This document shows, piece after piece, positions 37,203-48,856 of a DNA stretch of 64,000 nucleotides. Position numbers and translations under genes: made by a program. The notes beneath the pieces were generated by a model, which was given only the letters and a program-made list of their open reading frames with translations, was not told the DNA's origin and did no database searches. Positions within the stretch are counted from its first letter, which is position 1; each line of letters begins with the position of its first letter. Source of the stretch: Cladosporium halotolerans. Taxonomy: Eukaryota. Location of the stretch: the NCBI RefSeq assembly GCF_011745625.1, contig NW_027191498.1, positions 1-64,000 on the forward strand, in the 5' to 3' direction.

Positions 37203-37874
37203 GAATCGGAGGGGAAGTAAGAGGAGAATGGTGGACGCATACCTCGCTGATAATGCAAATGGAGTGGCTATCAGTACTCCGGGGTATCAAAAGGAATGAC
37301 AAGAAACTAGGAAATGGTCGCAACTGGATTATTTGGGCGCTTGGGTGTAAGGGGATGGGGAAGGTAGAAAGCTCTAGAAAGGCTGGAGAAAGAAGTCGCA
37401 AAGCTGACCGGGCCTTGGCGCGCTAGGCTGGCGGGCTTCAGCTCTGAGTGCCTGACTTGACGCCTGATTGAGCGCTGAGGCCGAATGCACATGCTATACA
37501 TCCTAGCAAGTTGGTTGATACAGCGCTCTCTCATCTGATGTGGCATCGACTCATCAACAAAGAGTATCCATTGGTAAACACCGATGCTTCAACGTACTTT
37601 CAACATCGGAGAACATATGACAATTCTAGCAATCTCAGGAATGTTGGAAACACGAAGTATGGGAGCAAGCAACATGGACAAAGCGAGTGTAAAATCGGAA
37701 ATGATTCTTGAGAGATCAAATTGTCGCGTACGACATCTATCTGACTTTTGCTAATTCACAAACGCCTGGTTATGAAGAGTTGTTTTCGTATCACATTGCA
37801 AAATGCCATCAGAGAGCCCTAGCCACGACTGCGCGTGGTTCGAGCCTCCATGCTGTTCGTCACAGTCGATCTTC

Positions 37875-38829
37875 TTACTCGTCGTCGCCGAAGAAGACCT
37901 CGACGGGCAGCCAAGCGTCGCCGCAGACCTTGAAGCGGTCGGGCAGCGAGCTGAGCTTCTTCATCTCCTCGTCGGTCAGGCTCCAGCCGTTGAGCTGGTA
38001 GTTGTCCTGGATGCGCGAGGCGGTGACGGACTTGGGGATGACGGAGGTGCCGCGCTGGAGGCCCCACATGAGGAGGACCTGGGCGGTGGACTTGCCCTTG
38101 GAGTCGGCGATCTGCTTGAGGGTCTCGTCCTTGGCGAGGGGGCTGTTGGTGCTGCCGAGGCAGGAGTAGGCGGTGCAGTGGATGCCCTTCTGCGCGCAGT
38201 AGTCGATGAGCTTGGGGCTGGGGTTGTTGGGGTGCAGCTCGACCTGGTTGACGGCGGGGACGGTCTTGCAGGTCGGGTCGTTGAGAAGCTTCTCGAGGTT
38301 CTTGATGGCGAAGTTGGAGACACCAATGTTCTTCACACGGCCAGAAGCGGGGAGCTTCTGCATCTCTTGCCAGGTCTTGAGGAAGTCCCAGTCCTCGTAG
38401 TGCTTCTTAAGGTCGGCGGGGTCGGTGGAAGAGGGCCAGTGGATGAGGTAGAGGTCGACGTAGTCCATGTCGAGGTCCTTGAGGGAAGAGGTGATGCCCT
38501 CTTCCACACGCTTGTGCCAGGGGTTGTCGAGCTTGGTGGTGACCCAGATCTCGCTCCTAGGGACGCCAGAGTCCTTGATACCCTGACCGACCTCGTGCTC
38601 GTTGCCGTAGGCGAGGGCAGTGTCGATGTGGCGGTAGCCGGCGAGGAGAGCGGCCTTGACGGCCTCGCGGACCTCGTTGGGCTTAGACTGCCAGGTGCCG
38701 AGACCAACGGCGGGCATCTTCGCACCCTGTGAAGTGATTTGAGTCAGTGTCCTATTCTCGAGGCGTTGTTCCTCAGCAAAAACGTACCGTGTTGAGGGTG
38801 AAAGTCTCGGAAGTCCAGTTCTTGGCCAT
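37875..38829 (-). CDS. Aldo-keto reductase (NADP-dependent glycerol dehydrogenase Gcy1/Gld-like); one intron
   Basis: MAKNWTSETFTLNT|GAKMPAVGLGTW, GYRHIDTALAY, LYLIHWP, IGVSNF, NQVELHP, VIPKS. Confidence 0.93.
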
Positions 38830-39827
38830 GGTTGCGGTGTTGTGTGTTATGAGAAAGTTTTGTTGTATTTGTGAGGGTTGAGCTGAGTCGGATGGGGTAT
38901 GAATGGAGAAGAGGAGGAGAGAAGAATGCTGAAGCGAGGGCGAGGCGACTTTTTTGACGCAGCTCCTGGATAAGGTGGCCTTGTGCATGAGGCCGAGTGC
39001 TCACGAACACCTGGCTGCGAACCTGCCCCACCATCGTCACCGCGACACATCCGCCGCCCTGCTGCCCCTCCAAGCGCGCCACGCAGACAATGATTGGAGG
39101 AAGATTCAGGCTGAATGGCGTGCGGCAGCAGTAGCGCACGTGGGACCGAGCGTGTCTTGCATCAGCGCATCCACCCTGCAGAGGATGATTTCTCGGATGC
39201 CCTGCCGCCGCCCGCCACCATCATTGGGCCTGCGATGCTGCCGTATCTCTGCCCATCCGCCGTCCGCCATCCGCCGTCTTGCCACCTGGATGAATTCACG
39301 ACACTCGGCAGATGAGGTGAAACGACGTGTACCTGCACTGGAGCACCAGCTATCGACTAGCGCGTCTGCGGTATGGACGCCCTTTGCAGCTCGCGGTCCA
39401 CGGCTCAGCCGCCAGCAGACGGAGCATCTCCTCGCGTAAATCTATAGACTTTCTCCCAATCCAGAATAACGAAAGCAACAACATGAGGCTCTCCGACAGC
39501 CGATCGCCGCGGCCGCGCGCCTGGACTTTCCCCTGCCCTGCCCAGCCCATCCCACCCGCCAACCCAAAAAACAGCCCTCCCACCAAGTTCACCCCTCCTC
39601 CACATCAGCCTCCTGCCCACCCCCACATGCCGAGGCAACACCCGCCCGCCTGAGCAAATCAGGCGAAACGTCGGGACTGCGCCTCCAGCCTGCCAGCCTG
39701 CCACACGAACCCACGATCCATTTACCCATTGCGATTCCCGGCGCCCACATCGACGAAATCCTCTCTCTCCTTCAGCCGGCCGCAGCCGTCGCCGAGCCAG
39801 AGAGAGCAAAGACGGCAGGCAGCAGAC

Positions 39828-40600
39828 ATGTCGCGCTTCGTGAGCGGCGGCACGGACGAGCAGCCGACGCAGCGCGACGACGCCTGGCTCAAGGCCCAGC
39901 AGGAGCTGGACGCCGCCGCCATCGCGCGCCAGGACGCCGGCAAGCAGGCCGGCGGCAAGAGCTTGTACGAGACGCTGCAGGCGAATAAAGGTGGCTGGCC
40001 GCAATCCTCTCTCCTTCCATACTCATCGTAGTCCTACGCGGTTTGTAAGGTAATTCAAGTTCCGCCGACGAGCTGACCGGGGACGTCGCGCAGGCAGCCG
40101 CTAAGCAGGAGGCGTTCGAGGAGTCGACGCGCCTGACCAACCAGTTTCGCTCGCTGGACGAGGACGAGATCGAGTTCCTGGACTCCGTGCAGGAGGGTGC
40201 GCGCGCGCGGGAAGCGGCGGTGAAGAAAGACACCAAGGAGCACCTCGACGAGTTCCGCAGGCAGCAGGAGGAGGCTGAGAGGGCGGCGAGAGAGCAGGAG
40301 GGTGCGGAAGAGCCGACTCAGGTTGGGGAGAGCTGGGCTGCCGGGCCTAGGAAGAGGAAGAAGGGGAAGGAGAGGGAGGGGATCGGTGGATTGAAGATCC
40401 GGAGGACGGAGAGTGGAGAAAAGAAAGGCGAGCCCGAAGAAACGAAGGCAGAAGCGAAGGCAGATGACAAGACTGTCACGAACACTGCGACCAAGGAAGA
40501 GACCAAGGCAAAACCTGATCTGTCCACATCCCCTCCGCCCGTTACAGCATCTCCTGCCCTGGGCCTAGGATTGGGTGCTTATTCTTCAGACGAAGATTAG
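39828..40600 (+). CDS. FAM192A/Fyv6 (NIP30/PSME3IP1)-family nuclear protein; one intron
   Basis: MSRFVSGG..KSLYETLQANK|AAKQEAFEE..NQFRSLDEDEIEFLD; C-terminal LGAYSSDED. Confidence 0.88.
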
Positions 40601-40725
40601 GCACGATCTCAGGGCCATGCGTGCAGCAAATCATCAGCACATGTTAGAATAAAGCACTAGCGACGATGACCAAAGCAAGTCAATCACAATCATAAATTCC
40701 AGCTATTGGACCAAAAATGATCAAC

Positions 40726-41895
40726 CTACTTCGACGGGTCCAGCAGCAATTTTCCACTCGTCTTCCTCCCCTCCAAATCATTATGCGCGCGAGCAACCTC
40801 GCTGAGCGCATACGTCTCATGAATGCTCACATCCATCTTATCTTTCACGATAAAATCAAACAGCTCCTGTGTGTACCCGTCAAACTCCTCCCTCGTCACA
40901 ATGAAATTAAACAGCGTCGGCCTCATCAGCTTCACATTCTTCGCGCTCAGCCTCGCAATCGCCAACGGCGGCACCGCCCCGGACGCATTGCCAAACGACA
41001 GCAGCGAGCCCTTGCGCGCCAGGCAGTCGAGCGACAGGTCGAACGTCGACTTGCCCACGCCGTCGAAGACCGCCGCCACGCCCTTGCCGCCCGTCAGCTC
41101 GTCCACGCGCGCCTTGACGTCCTCCTGCGAGTAGTTGACCATGTGCGTCGCGCCGGCCTTCTTCGCGAGCGCCACTTTCTCCGCCGTGCTCGCCGTCCCG
41201 ATCGTGTTGGCGCCCACGGCTTTGAGCAGCTGGCACAGCCAGAGGCCAGTGCCGCCCGCGGCGGCGTGCACGAGCACCCAGTCGCCTTTGTTGACGTGGT
41301 AGGCTTCGCGGATGAGCGTCAGCGCCGTGAGGCCTTGCAGCAGGGCCGCGGCGGCGGTCTTGGGCGGCAGGGAGTCCGGGATCTTGGTCGCTTTGGCGGC
41401 CGGCGCGGCGGTGTATTCGGCGTAGGTGGCTTCCGAGAGGCAGACGACGCGGTCGCCGGTTGAAAGGTTGTAGGTTTCTCCTGAGCCGGTGGCGACGATG
41501 GTGCCTTCGGATTCGCGGCCGAGCATGTAGGGCCAGTGAGGGGCCGGGTAGAGGCCGGTGCGGAAGTAGCTGAGGGGGCATGTCTGTTAGGATATGTTGA
41601 GGTCTCATTTTGAAATTGGTGACACCTACGTGTCGATGAAGTTGACGCCGACGAAGTCGTTCTTGATCAGGATCTGGCCTTCTTTGGGCTCTGGCACGGG
41701 GAGGTCGGTCTTGTACTGGAGTACTTCAGTGCCACCGTTCTTCTCCATGATGACACCCTTCATGGTCTTGGGGATGGAAGCCATTGTGCGGATTGTGTTT
41801 GTCCTGGTGGGAGAGAGCTGTGAAGATAAAGCAGCTGCACGGCGGGTTGGTGATGATAGGAACGAAGTTGATCTGGCGGCACGTAACGTGAACAT
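40726..41895 (-). CDS. NADPH:quinone oxidoreductase (zeta-crystallin/Zta1-like MDR); possible mitochondrial presequence; one intron
   Basis: GVNFIDT|YFRTGLYP, LQGLTA, VHAAAGGTG, FDGVGK, FGNASG. Second in-frame ATG at 41784. Confidence 0.92.
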
Positions 41896-42741
41896 GGATT
41901 TTTAAGGAAGAAAGCTGATCGTGAAATGTAAGAAACACAGCTCGAGGCACCCAGGTATAGTCTTACAAATCCGTGCCTGGTGGTGCAAGTTGAGCTGCAA
42001 CCCATTGACGTGATGCTCGTGAACCCCGCCAAAACCCGCAGCCGACCTCGGCCGAGACCATTGATTGCAGAACCGAAATGTCGACTACCTTGCTGGCACG
42101 TCGATTCGCATGCTGATCGTTACCATGTAGTCGGAAATGTCGGATTGCTTGTTGCCTTCTACCAAAAACTGGTCTTACTCTTTTCTTCATCAAGCTCTCG
42201 TTCACGTAGATTTCTGTGTAGTCAGACTACCGGGTGAGCTCTCCGTGGGCGAACCCGTCATGAGGAGCAAGCCAGATGCTGCTTCAATATTACCATCGAA
42301 ATCATCTTGTCTTGTTGCAACGGTCAAGTCTAGTCTTCGGAGAGATGCTCGCGTCCTTGTCGATGCCCTGAAGACAGACAAGACATCCCGTCAGGGACAT
42401 TCCTTGATCGGAACGTGTGCTCACAGCTCCGCAGGCGGCCCGAAACATACTCAGTGTTATGAGTTGCGATTACCCCCAGGAAATGGTTTTTGACCACGCT
42501 AACCGCATTTGCTGCCTCACCGAACCCACCATTCGCCCTTCTAGAGCCAGCCCTCCGGCAAGGGCGTAGAATAATACAAGGCGCAGGCCGCTCTCCCTTC
42601 CTTCAAGCGTCTTTATCGTAAATCGTCCATATACTGTAGGTCAGACGACAAACTTGGATATTCACCTAGCTATCGGTCTTCTTCCATTTCTTTATCAAGC
42701 CACCAAACAATACCCGACAGGTACCGTAAGCACCATTCGCC

Positions 42742-44349
42742 ATGGCTCTGAATGAGCCGAAGGGCGCAGAGAGCGTCGTCAATGGAGCTGCGGACTCTAG
42801 AGTACTCATCATCATGACCGGAGGCACAATCTGCATGCGATCCAGTCCAGAGGGACTTGTCCCAGCCAAAGGATTCCTGGACGCGGGCATGGCACCCAGG
42901 CCTTCCTTCAATGATGGATCTGCGCCTGGAACTTTGAATGCATTTCCTGAACACGACGGACCTTCAGTTTCTCTCAAGAGTCTAAGGACTCCCCGCAGCC
43001 GGTACGGAAAGCATGTGCGGTTCTCGGTGCTCGAGTTCCAGCATCTGCTCGATTCTAGCTCCATCGATTCCAAAGGTTGGACCCAGATTGCCAATACTAT
43101 TCATAAGAACTACACGCTCTTTGACGGATTCGTTGTCCTCCATGGCACGGACAGTCTTGCCTACACCAGCTCTGCGCTGAGTTTCATGCTTAGCAATCTG
43201 GGCAAGCCAGTCATCCTTACTGGATCACAAGCACCCATCTTCCAACTCCAGAACGACGCCACAGATAACCTCCTCGGTTCCCTCATCATAGCCGGCCACT
43301 TCCTCATCCCTGAAGTCGGCCTCTTCTTCAACCACAGACTCTTCCGCGGCAACCGCTGCACAAAAGTCTCCGCCGACCAATTCGCCGCCTTCTCAGCCCC
43401 CAACTTCTCCCCCCTCGCCACAATCACCTCCTCCGACATCCACGTCGCCTGGGACGCCATCTACCGTCCGACCGAAATCAAGCCCTTCAGCATCCAAACC
43501 AGCCTGGAAACCGCGCACGTCGCATGCCTCCGCATCTTCCCTGGCATCAAGCCCGAGATGGTCGACGCAGTCCTCCGCGTCCCGGGCCTCCACGGCCTCA
43601 TCCTCGAGACCTTCGGCGCGGGCAACGCCCCGAGCGGGCCCGACAACACCCTCATCAAGATCTTCAGCGACGCCGTCCAGCGCGGCGTCGTCATCGTCAA
43701 CGTCACGCAGTGCCTGTCCGGCAGCGTCAGCCCGCTCTACGCGCCCGCCATGGTGCTCGGCAAGGCCGGCATCGTGCCGGGCCACGACCTCACGACCGAG
43801 GCCGCCCTCACGAAGCTCTCCTACCTGCTCGCGCTGCCCGACATCTCGACGCCGGAGGTCACGCGCCTGATGTCCGTCTCGCTGCGCGGCGAGCTGACCT
43901 CGCGCTCCGGCGGCACGCAGTTCAGCCACTCAAGCGCGGCGCCCGGCGACGCGCAGGCCGCGCGCCAGGCGCACCTCAGCAAGCTGTCGTACGCTATCGC
44001 TGAGGGCGACGTCGCGCACTTCAAGGAGATTTTGACGTACGAGCCGGACTGGCTGCTCAACGAGGCGGATTACAGCGGGAGCGTACCGCTGCATGTCGCG
44101 GCGGTGGGCCCGAATCTGGAGCTGTTGAGGTTGTTGTTGCAGAAGGGCGCGAGCGTGCACATGCGGAATAAGGCGGGCAGGACACCGCTGTTTCTGGCGG
44201 CCAATGCTGGGCTGGAGGATCGCGTGAGTTTGCTGAGGCAGTCGGGGGCACATTTGCATCCTGAGGAGAATGGGGTGGCGAGAGTGCTGTGTGAGAAGGG
44301 GTCGCCAGAGGCGCAAAGGTGCTGGGAGTTGGCTGGCGTGACGGTGTGA
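42742..44349 (+). CDS. Type I cytosolic L-asparaginase with C-terminal ankyrin repeats (60-kDa lysophospholipase-like)
   Basis: TGGTICM, DSS, HGTDSLAY, TGSQ, ETFGAGN; ankyrin PLHVAA and GRTPLFLA. Confidence 0.94.
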   Translation: MALNEPKGAESVVNGAADSRVLIIMTGGTICMRSSPEGLVPAKGFLDAGMAPRPSFNDGSAPGTLNAFPEHDGPSVSLKSLRTPRSRYGKHVRFSVLEFQHLLDSSSIDSKGWTQIANTIHKNYTLFDGFVVLHGTDSLAYTSSALSFMLSNLGKPVILTGSQAPIFQLQNDATDNLLGSLIIAGHFLIPEVGLFFNHRLFRGNRCTKVSADQFAAFSAPNFSPLATITSSDIHVAWDAIYRPTEIKPFSIQTSLETAHVACLRIFPGIKPEMVDAVLRVPGLHGLILETFGAGNAPSGPDNTLIKIFSDAVQRGVVIVNVTQCLSGSVSPLYAPAMVLGKAGIVPGHDLTTEAALTKLSYLLALPDISTPEVTRLMSVSLRGELTSRSGGTQFSHSSAAPGDAQAARQAHLSKLSYAIAEGDVAHFKEILTYEPDWLLNEADYSGSVPLHVAAVGPNLELLRLLLQKGASVHMRNKAGRTPLFLAANAGLEDRVSLLRQSGAHLHPEENGVARVLCEKGSPEAQRCWELAGVTV

Positions 44350-44556
44350 GAGGGGACGGAATAGAGAATACATTGCCGCATATGAGTTTCCATTGAGCTT
44401 TAGTGTGGTTTGTTGGCTGACGCCAAATATCTTGGAGTTGCTCCTCTACATGTATGCTTTTGGTGAGGCGTCTATCTACAGTTTCGGCGTGCTCGAAGGC
44501 TTCTTGTACATGACCGTCGCAGCCGCCTAGCAGACAAGTCAGACAGATGATTACAT

Positions 44557-45529
44557 TCACGATTTCTTGTGCATAACAGTTGCCGCCGCCTTCACCAAAG
44601 GTTAGCCACCATCTCCAAGCCACTAGCAACAAAATGAGACTTACCTGGTGATTAGGGAAGATCAATGTGTCAGCAATCACGACATTCTCCCTCCTGCCCG
44701 CCGTAAACACGACAACCTCCGCAATGTCCTCCGGCGTCAAGGGCTCGCAGCCCTTGTACACAGCATCCGCCTTGTCCTTGTCGCCGTAGAACCTGACGAC
44801 ACTGAACTCCGTCTCGACCTGTCCAGGATCGATTTCGATCACGCGGATGCGCGTGGCGATCAGCTCCTTGCGCATCGCGTCTGTGAAGCTTCTGACAGCA
44901 GCCTTCGTCGCGCAGTAGATAGAACCACCGGGGTAAGGCTCGCGGCCAGCGATGGAGCCGACGTTGATGATGTCGCCGGCGCCAGCCTCGCCGCGCGCTT
45001 TCATGGCCGGCAGCACGGCTTGCGTCACGTTGATCAGCCCCGTCACGTTCGTCGCAAACATCACGTCCAGGTCGGCGGTCTTGATGTCGCCGACTTTGTC
45101 GACGCCGCGCACGAGGCCGGCGTTGTTGACGAGCACGTCGATTTGCTGGAATTCTTTGGGCAGGTTGGGGATCAGGTGGGCGACTTCGGAGGCGTTGGAG
45201 ACGTCGAGTTGCACCGGCAGGACTTGCACGCCGGAGCCGACTTCGTTGGTGATTTCGCTGGCGAGCTCTTTGAGAGAGTCCAGGCGGCGCGCGGTCAGGA
45301 TGAGTTTGAGGTTCTTGGGCGAGGTGCGGGCGAACTCCTGCGCGGTGCTCTTGCCGATGCCTGAGCTAGCGCCGGTGATGAGGACTGTCTTGCCCTCGAG
45401 GCGCTTCCCCATTGCGGTGGTCATGGTTCGGCGAGTGGCGTGCACTGCAGTGCTGTGTCTAAGGAGGTTTGGGATGGGAGTTGGTCTGAGAAGGGCTGAA
45501 GAGGTGCGGAAGAAATGGCCGAGCTTCAT
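44557..45529 (-). CDS. NADP-dependent 3-hydroxy acid dehydrogenase (YdfG/YMR226C-like SDR); possible presequence; one 3' intron
   Basis: ITGASSGIG, NNAG, YCATK, PGQVETEFS, PNHQ|AAATVMHKKS*. Confidence 0.9.
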
Positions 45530-45857
45530 ACGAGATATGTGTAAGAGAGGTAAAGGCAGATTGATATGCTCAAGAGAATGGTATGGAAATATTCCTCAGC
45601 CGACTCACAATCTAGCAGCGGATCTGCGATAGGCGATTCGGTTGCGTGCTTTGAGTGGAGGAGGTGACAACAGACCATTGGCCTTGCGCGGGGTCGTCAC
45701 ACCGGCGTCGGCGAACCGGGCAATTGTGGCTCCGGAGAGCGAGCCAGGGTCCGTGTCTGCGCGCGGCATGTTTGCCGAGAACTTTTCAAGATCGCCATTT
45801 TCACGTGAAGCGCTCTGCCGATGGTCAGAGGTGCCATACCATCTCACGTCACCCAAG

Positions 45858-47138
45858 ATGTCCGACAGTGAAAGCCAACGCTCGGCTAGCAGGAGCCCAG
45901 AGCTCACCGAGAAGAAGAAGCGCAAGAGAAATGCCGTCGCGCCGGAAGACGAGCTGGAGATCGACGTAAACGCGCCCGAACCGGCGTCCAAGAAAGCGAA
46001 GCGAAAGGAGAAGAAGCAAAAGAGCAGCAAGCCTGCTAAGACCGAAGACGAAGAAGAGGAGAAGCCTGATGTCTCTGCTGCTACCACTGCGCAAGCGCCT
46101 GCACCTGGCCAGCGCAGCGAGTATGGCATCTGGATTGGCAACCTGCCGTGGAGCGCGACCAAGGACACCCTTCGCACCTGGTTCTTCGACCAGGGCATTG
46201 ACGACAGGAGTATCACTCGTCTGCATATGCCCGCACCGCCCGAGGAGAAGGGTCCCTCGCGCCCTGGCTTCAAGCCGCTGAACAAGGGTTTCGCTTATGT
46301 CGACTTTCTCGGCGAGCCCGAGCTGCAGCTCGCTATGGCGCTGTCTGAAAAGCTCATGGGTGGCCGCAAAGTGTTGATCAAGAATGCAAAGTCTTTCGAA
46401 GGCCGACCGACGCAAACGGCCGCTGAGCAGGCGAAGAAGGTTGCTGCGACGCCGGACGGCAAGGAGCCGACGCAAAGAATCTTTGTTGGTAACTTGGGTT
46501 TCGACGTCACGAAGGACGATTTGATGGAGCACTTTGCGCAGGCTGGTGGAATCGAAGACATTCACATGGCGACATTCCAGGATACGGGCAAATGCAAGGG
46601 TTTTGCTTGGGTACGATTCTACGAAGTTGAGTCTGCGGCTGCCGCTGTGAGGGGGTACATCTTCAAGTCCGGTGCAGACTCTGATGAAGAAGATGAGGAG
46701 GAAGAGGAAGAGGGTGAGGGTGAGGGTGAGGGTGAGGACGAAGGGAAGAAGAAGTCCGGCAAGAACAAGAAGCGCAAGGAAAAGAAGCGTAAGTGGTTCA
46801 TCAACCGCCTGGCTGGCCGACCTCTGCGCTGCGAGTTCGCCGAAGACGCACAGACGAGGTACAAGAAGCGATATGGCAAGCCTGCGGGCGACGGTGGCAA
46901 ACCAGATGGCCGCCATGCGCCCCGTCAGCGTGAAGACCGTGGCGAAGACTACAATGCTGGTGAAGCAGTACCGGATAGGAGGGCGCCCAGGAAGATGGAC
47001 GCAGATCAGCGACAGGCTATGCGCAGGCAGAGGCATATCGATGCGAGAAACGTTGCACCCGGCAAAGCGCTTGCGACTGCGCAGAGAGCAAGCACTGCGA
47101 TTGTCGCGCCGACCGGAAAGAAGACTACTTTCGACTAG
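45858..47138 (+). CDS. Nucleolar two-RRM protein (Nop13/Rnp24-like)
   Basis: IWIGNL, NKGFAYVDF, VLIKNAKSFEGRP, IFVGNLGF, KGFAWVRF, C-terminal TGKKTTFD. Confidence 0.88.
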   Translation: MSDSESQRSASRSPELTEKKKRKRNAVAPEDELEIDVNAPEPASKKAKRKEKKQKSSKPAKTEDEEEEKPDVSAATTAQAPAPGQRSEYGIWIGNLPWSATKDTLRTWFFDQGIDDRSITRLHMPAPPEEKGPSRPGFKPLNKGFAYVDFLGEPELQLAMALSEKLMGGRKVLIKNAKSFEGRPTQTAAEQAKKVAATPDGKEPTQRIFVGNLGFDVTKDDLMEHFAQAGGIEDIHMATFQDTGKCKGFAWVRFYEVESAAAAVRGYIFKSGADSDEEDEEEEEEGEGEGEGEDEGKKKSGKNKKRKEKKRKWFINRLAGRPLRCEFAEDAQTRYKKRYGKPAGDGGKPDGRHAPRQREDRGEDYNAGEAVPDRRAPRKMDADQRQAMRRQRHIDARNVAPGKALATAQRASTAIVAPTGKKTTFD

Positions 47139-47293
47139 GAGGGAAATATCTATCTATTGAAAAGACAAGTTCTTGCAACTTGCGGCCCATCATGCGCCAT
47201 TTGATAGTTGGTGCTGGATGTCACGGTCGTTTTCTCTGGGTCAATATAACTCAGTTATGATGCTCATTAATACAAGGTGGTCTACTTCTCGTT

Positions 47294-48856
47294 CTATATC
47301 GTCTCCTCATCGTCACTCTCATCAGTATCGTCGTCCTCTCCTACGATCTTTTCAACAATCAAATTGCCGCTCCTTCCAATGCGTTCCTTCAGACTCCCTC
47401 CCTTTTCCAGATCGTACACCTCCCTCGGCATCGGCGAGACAAGCTGGTACTTATACACATGCTCGTAGCCCTCCGGCTCCACAGTCTCTTTCTCCTCCTC
47501 AACCGCCGCATCTTCCTTCACCAGATCATAGCACTCCACAAACGCATACAGCTCCTCGAGATCCGCTTCCGCACGGAACTTTCGAATCACGCGCTCACCA
47601 GACGGCAGCCGAATACTCATTCGAACAGCATCCGCGACGTCGGCGCCCGGCTCGCCAGGCACACTCTGCGCCCGCCAGCGCCTCCACTGCGCCAGCTTCC
47701 TGGCCAGATCCGCCTTGCGCTCCCCGCGCTCGCGCTCCTCCCTCTCAGCTTTCTCCCGCGCAGCCTCCTCTTCTTTCCGCCGCCGTGCTTTCTCCCTGTC
47801 CTGCGCCAGGGACCGCTCGTACGCGCTCTCCTGCTCCTGGCGCAAGCTTCGGCTCGCCTGTTGCTCCTGCCGCTGCGCCCGTAGCCGGTCCAGCTCTTCT
47901 TTATGCGAGGCGATTGCAGCGTCGAATTTGCTGATCAGGTCTTGCGCCGTGACGGGACCCGCGGACGTGGCGATCTTGCTCATGGCTGTGGAAGAGACGG
48001 AGGGCGTGTGCGCGATCAGCGTCGCGAAGGGGAAGCGCGTGACGTTCAGGGCGTTGGCGACTTGGTACGCTTCGGCGTCTTGCACCGTGCCGGCCCAGAG
48101 GAGGATGTTGTTCGTGGGGTTCTTGATGTATTCGACGAGGTCCGGGGAGAGGAGAGTGTCCCGCACGAAGGGCGCGGTGTCGTCGTGTTCTGGGGACAGG
48201 AGGATAACGAGCAGGTGCTTGAGATCGCGCTTGGCGATGTCGAAGGCTTGCGCGTAGCCGCCTTCGTGGAAGGGGAGTGTTCCGTGTGTCACGCCGTACT
48301 CTTCTTCGAACTCTCGCATGAAGCGGGCGGAGGTATCTGTGGGGTTGAGAGGGCGTCGACCGGTGTCGCGGGAGGGTTGGAGGGCGCGCCCGGAGTAAAA
48401 GCGGCTGAGCAGTCGAGGGAGGAATGGGAAGAGGTAGCCGATGGTGCCGAAGATGCGCTGGAAGATGGTGTAGGTGATGTTGAACGGAAGAAGCAAGATG
48501 TTGAACGGGAACGGCATGGATTGTGTCATCTGGCTCTCTGGTGTCGGCACTACTCGCGGTGCAGGTTCCAGGCCTCTTCTAGCAGCTCGTGACGAATGTC
48601 TTGAGGGAAAGTTGTCCATCAGCGTTTCCGAGCGTCTCGAGTCGACTGGAGGCGGAGGAGCGCGTGCCACCTCTGCAGCAGGGTCGACGGTGTCAGCATC
48701 GCCATCGAAGAAGCGTGTAATGGCTATTTGAGCGTTCCACTGGCATTTCTGCAACAGCGGCACTGCTGCAGCCAAATCTTGGTCGGTGACGGACGTGAAC
48801 TGCTGCAGTGCGAGCTGCTGATCCTCGCTGAGACTCGAGATGTCGACGTCAGCCAT
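47294..48856 (-). CDS. UBA-UAS-UBX domain Cdc48 adaptor (Ubx2/FAF2/Ucp10-like)
   Basis: N-terminal UBA-like (WNAQIAITRFF), hydrophobic hairpin, QESAYERSLAQDR, IRLPSGERVIRKF, SPMPR. Confidence 0.9.
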   Translation of the reverse strand: MADVDISSLSEDQQLALQQFTSVTDQDLAAAVPLLQKCQWNAQIAITRFFDGDADTVDPAAEVARAPPPPVDSRRSETLMDNFPSRHSSRAARRGLEPAPRVVPTPESQMTQSMPFPFNILLLPFNITYTIFQRIFGTIGYLFPFLPRLLSRFYSGRALQPSRDTGRRPLNPTDTSARFMREFEEEYGVTHGTLPFHEGGYAQAFDIAKRDLKHLLVILLSPEHDDTAPFVRDTLLSPDLVEYIKNPTNNILLWAGTVQDAEAYQVANALNVTRFPFATLIAHTPSVSSTAMSKIATSAGPVTAQDLISKFDAAIASHKEELDRLRAQRQEQQASRSLRQEQESAYERSLAQDREKARRRKEEEAAREKAEREERERGERKADLARKLAQWRRWRAQSVPGEPGADVADAVRMSIRLPSGERVIRKFRAEADLEELYAFVECYDLVKEDAAVEEEKETVEPEGYEHVYKYQLVSPMPREVYDLEKGGSLKERIGRSGNLIVEKIVGEDDDTDESDDEETI

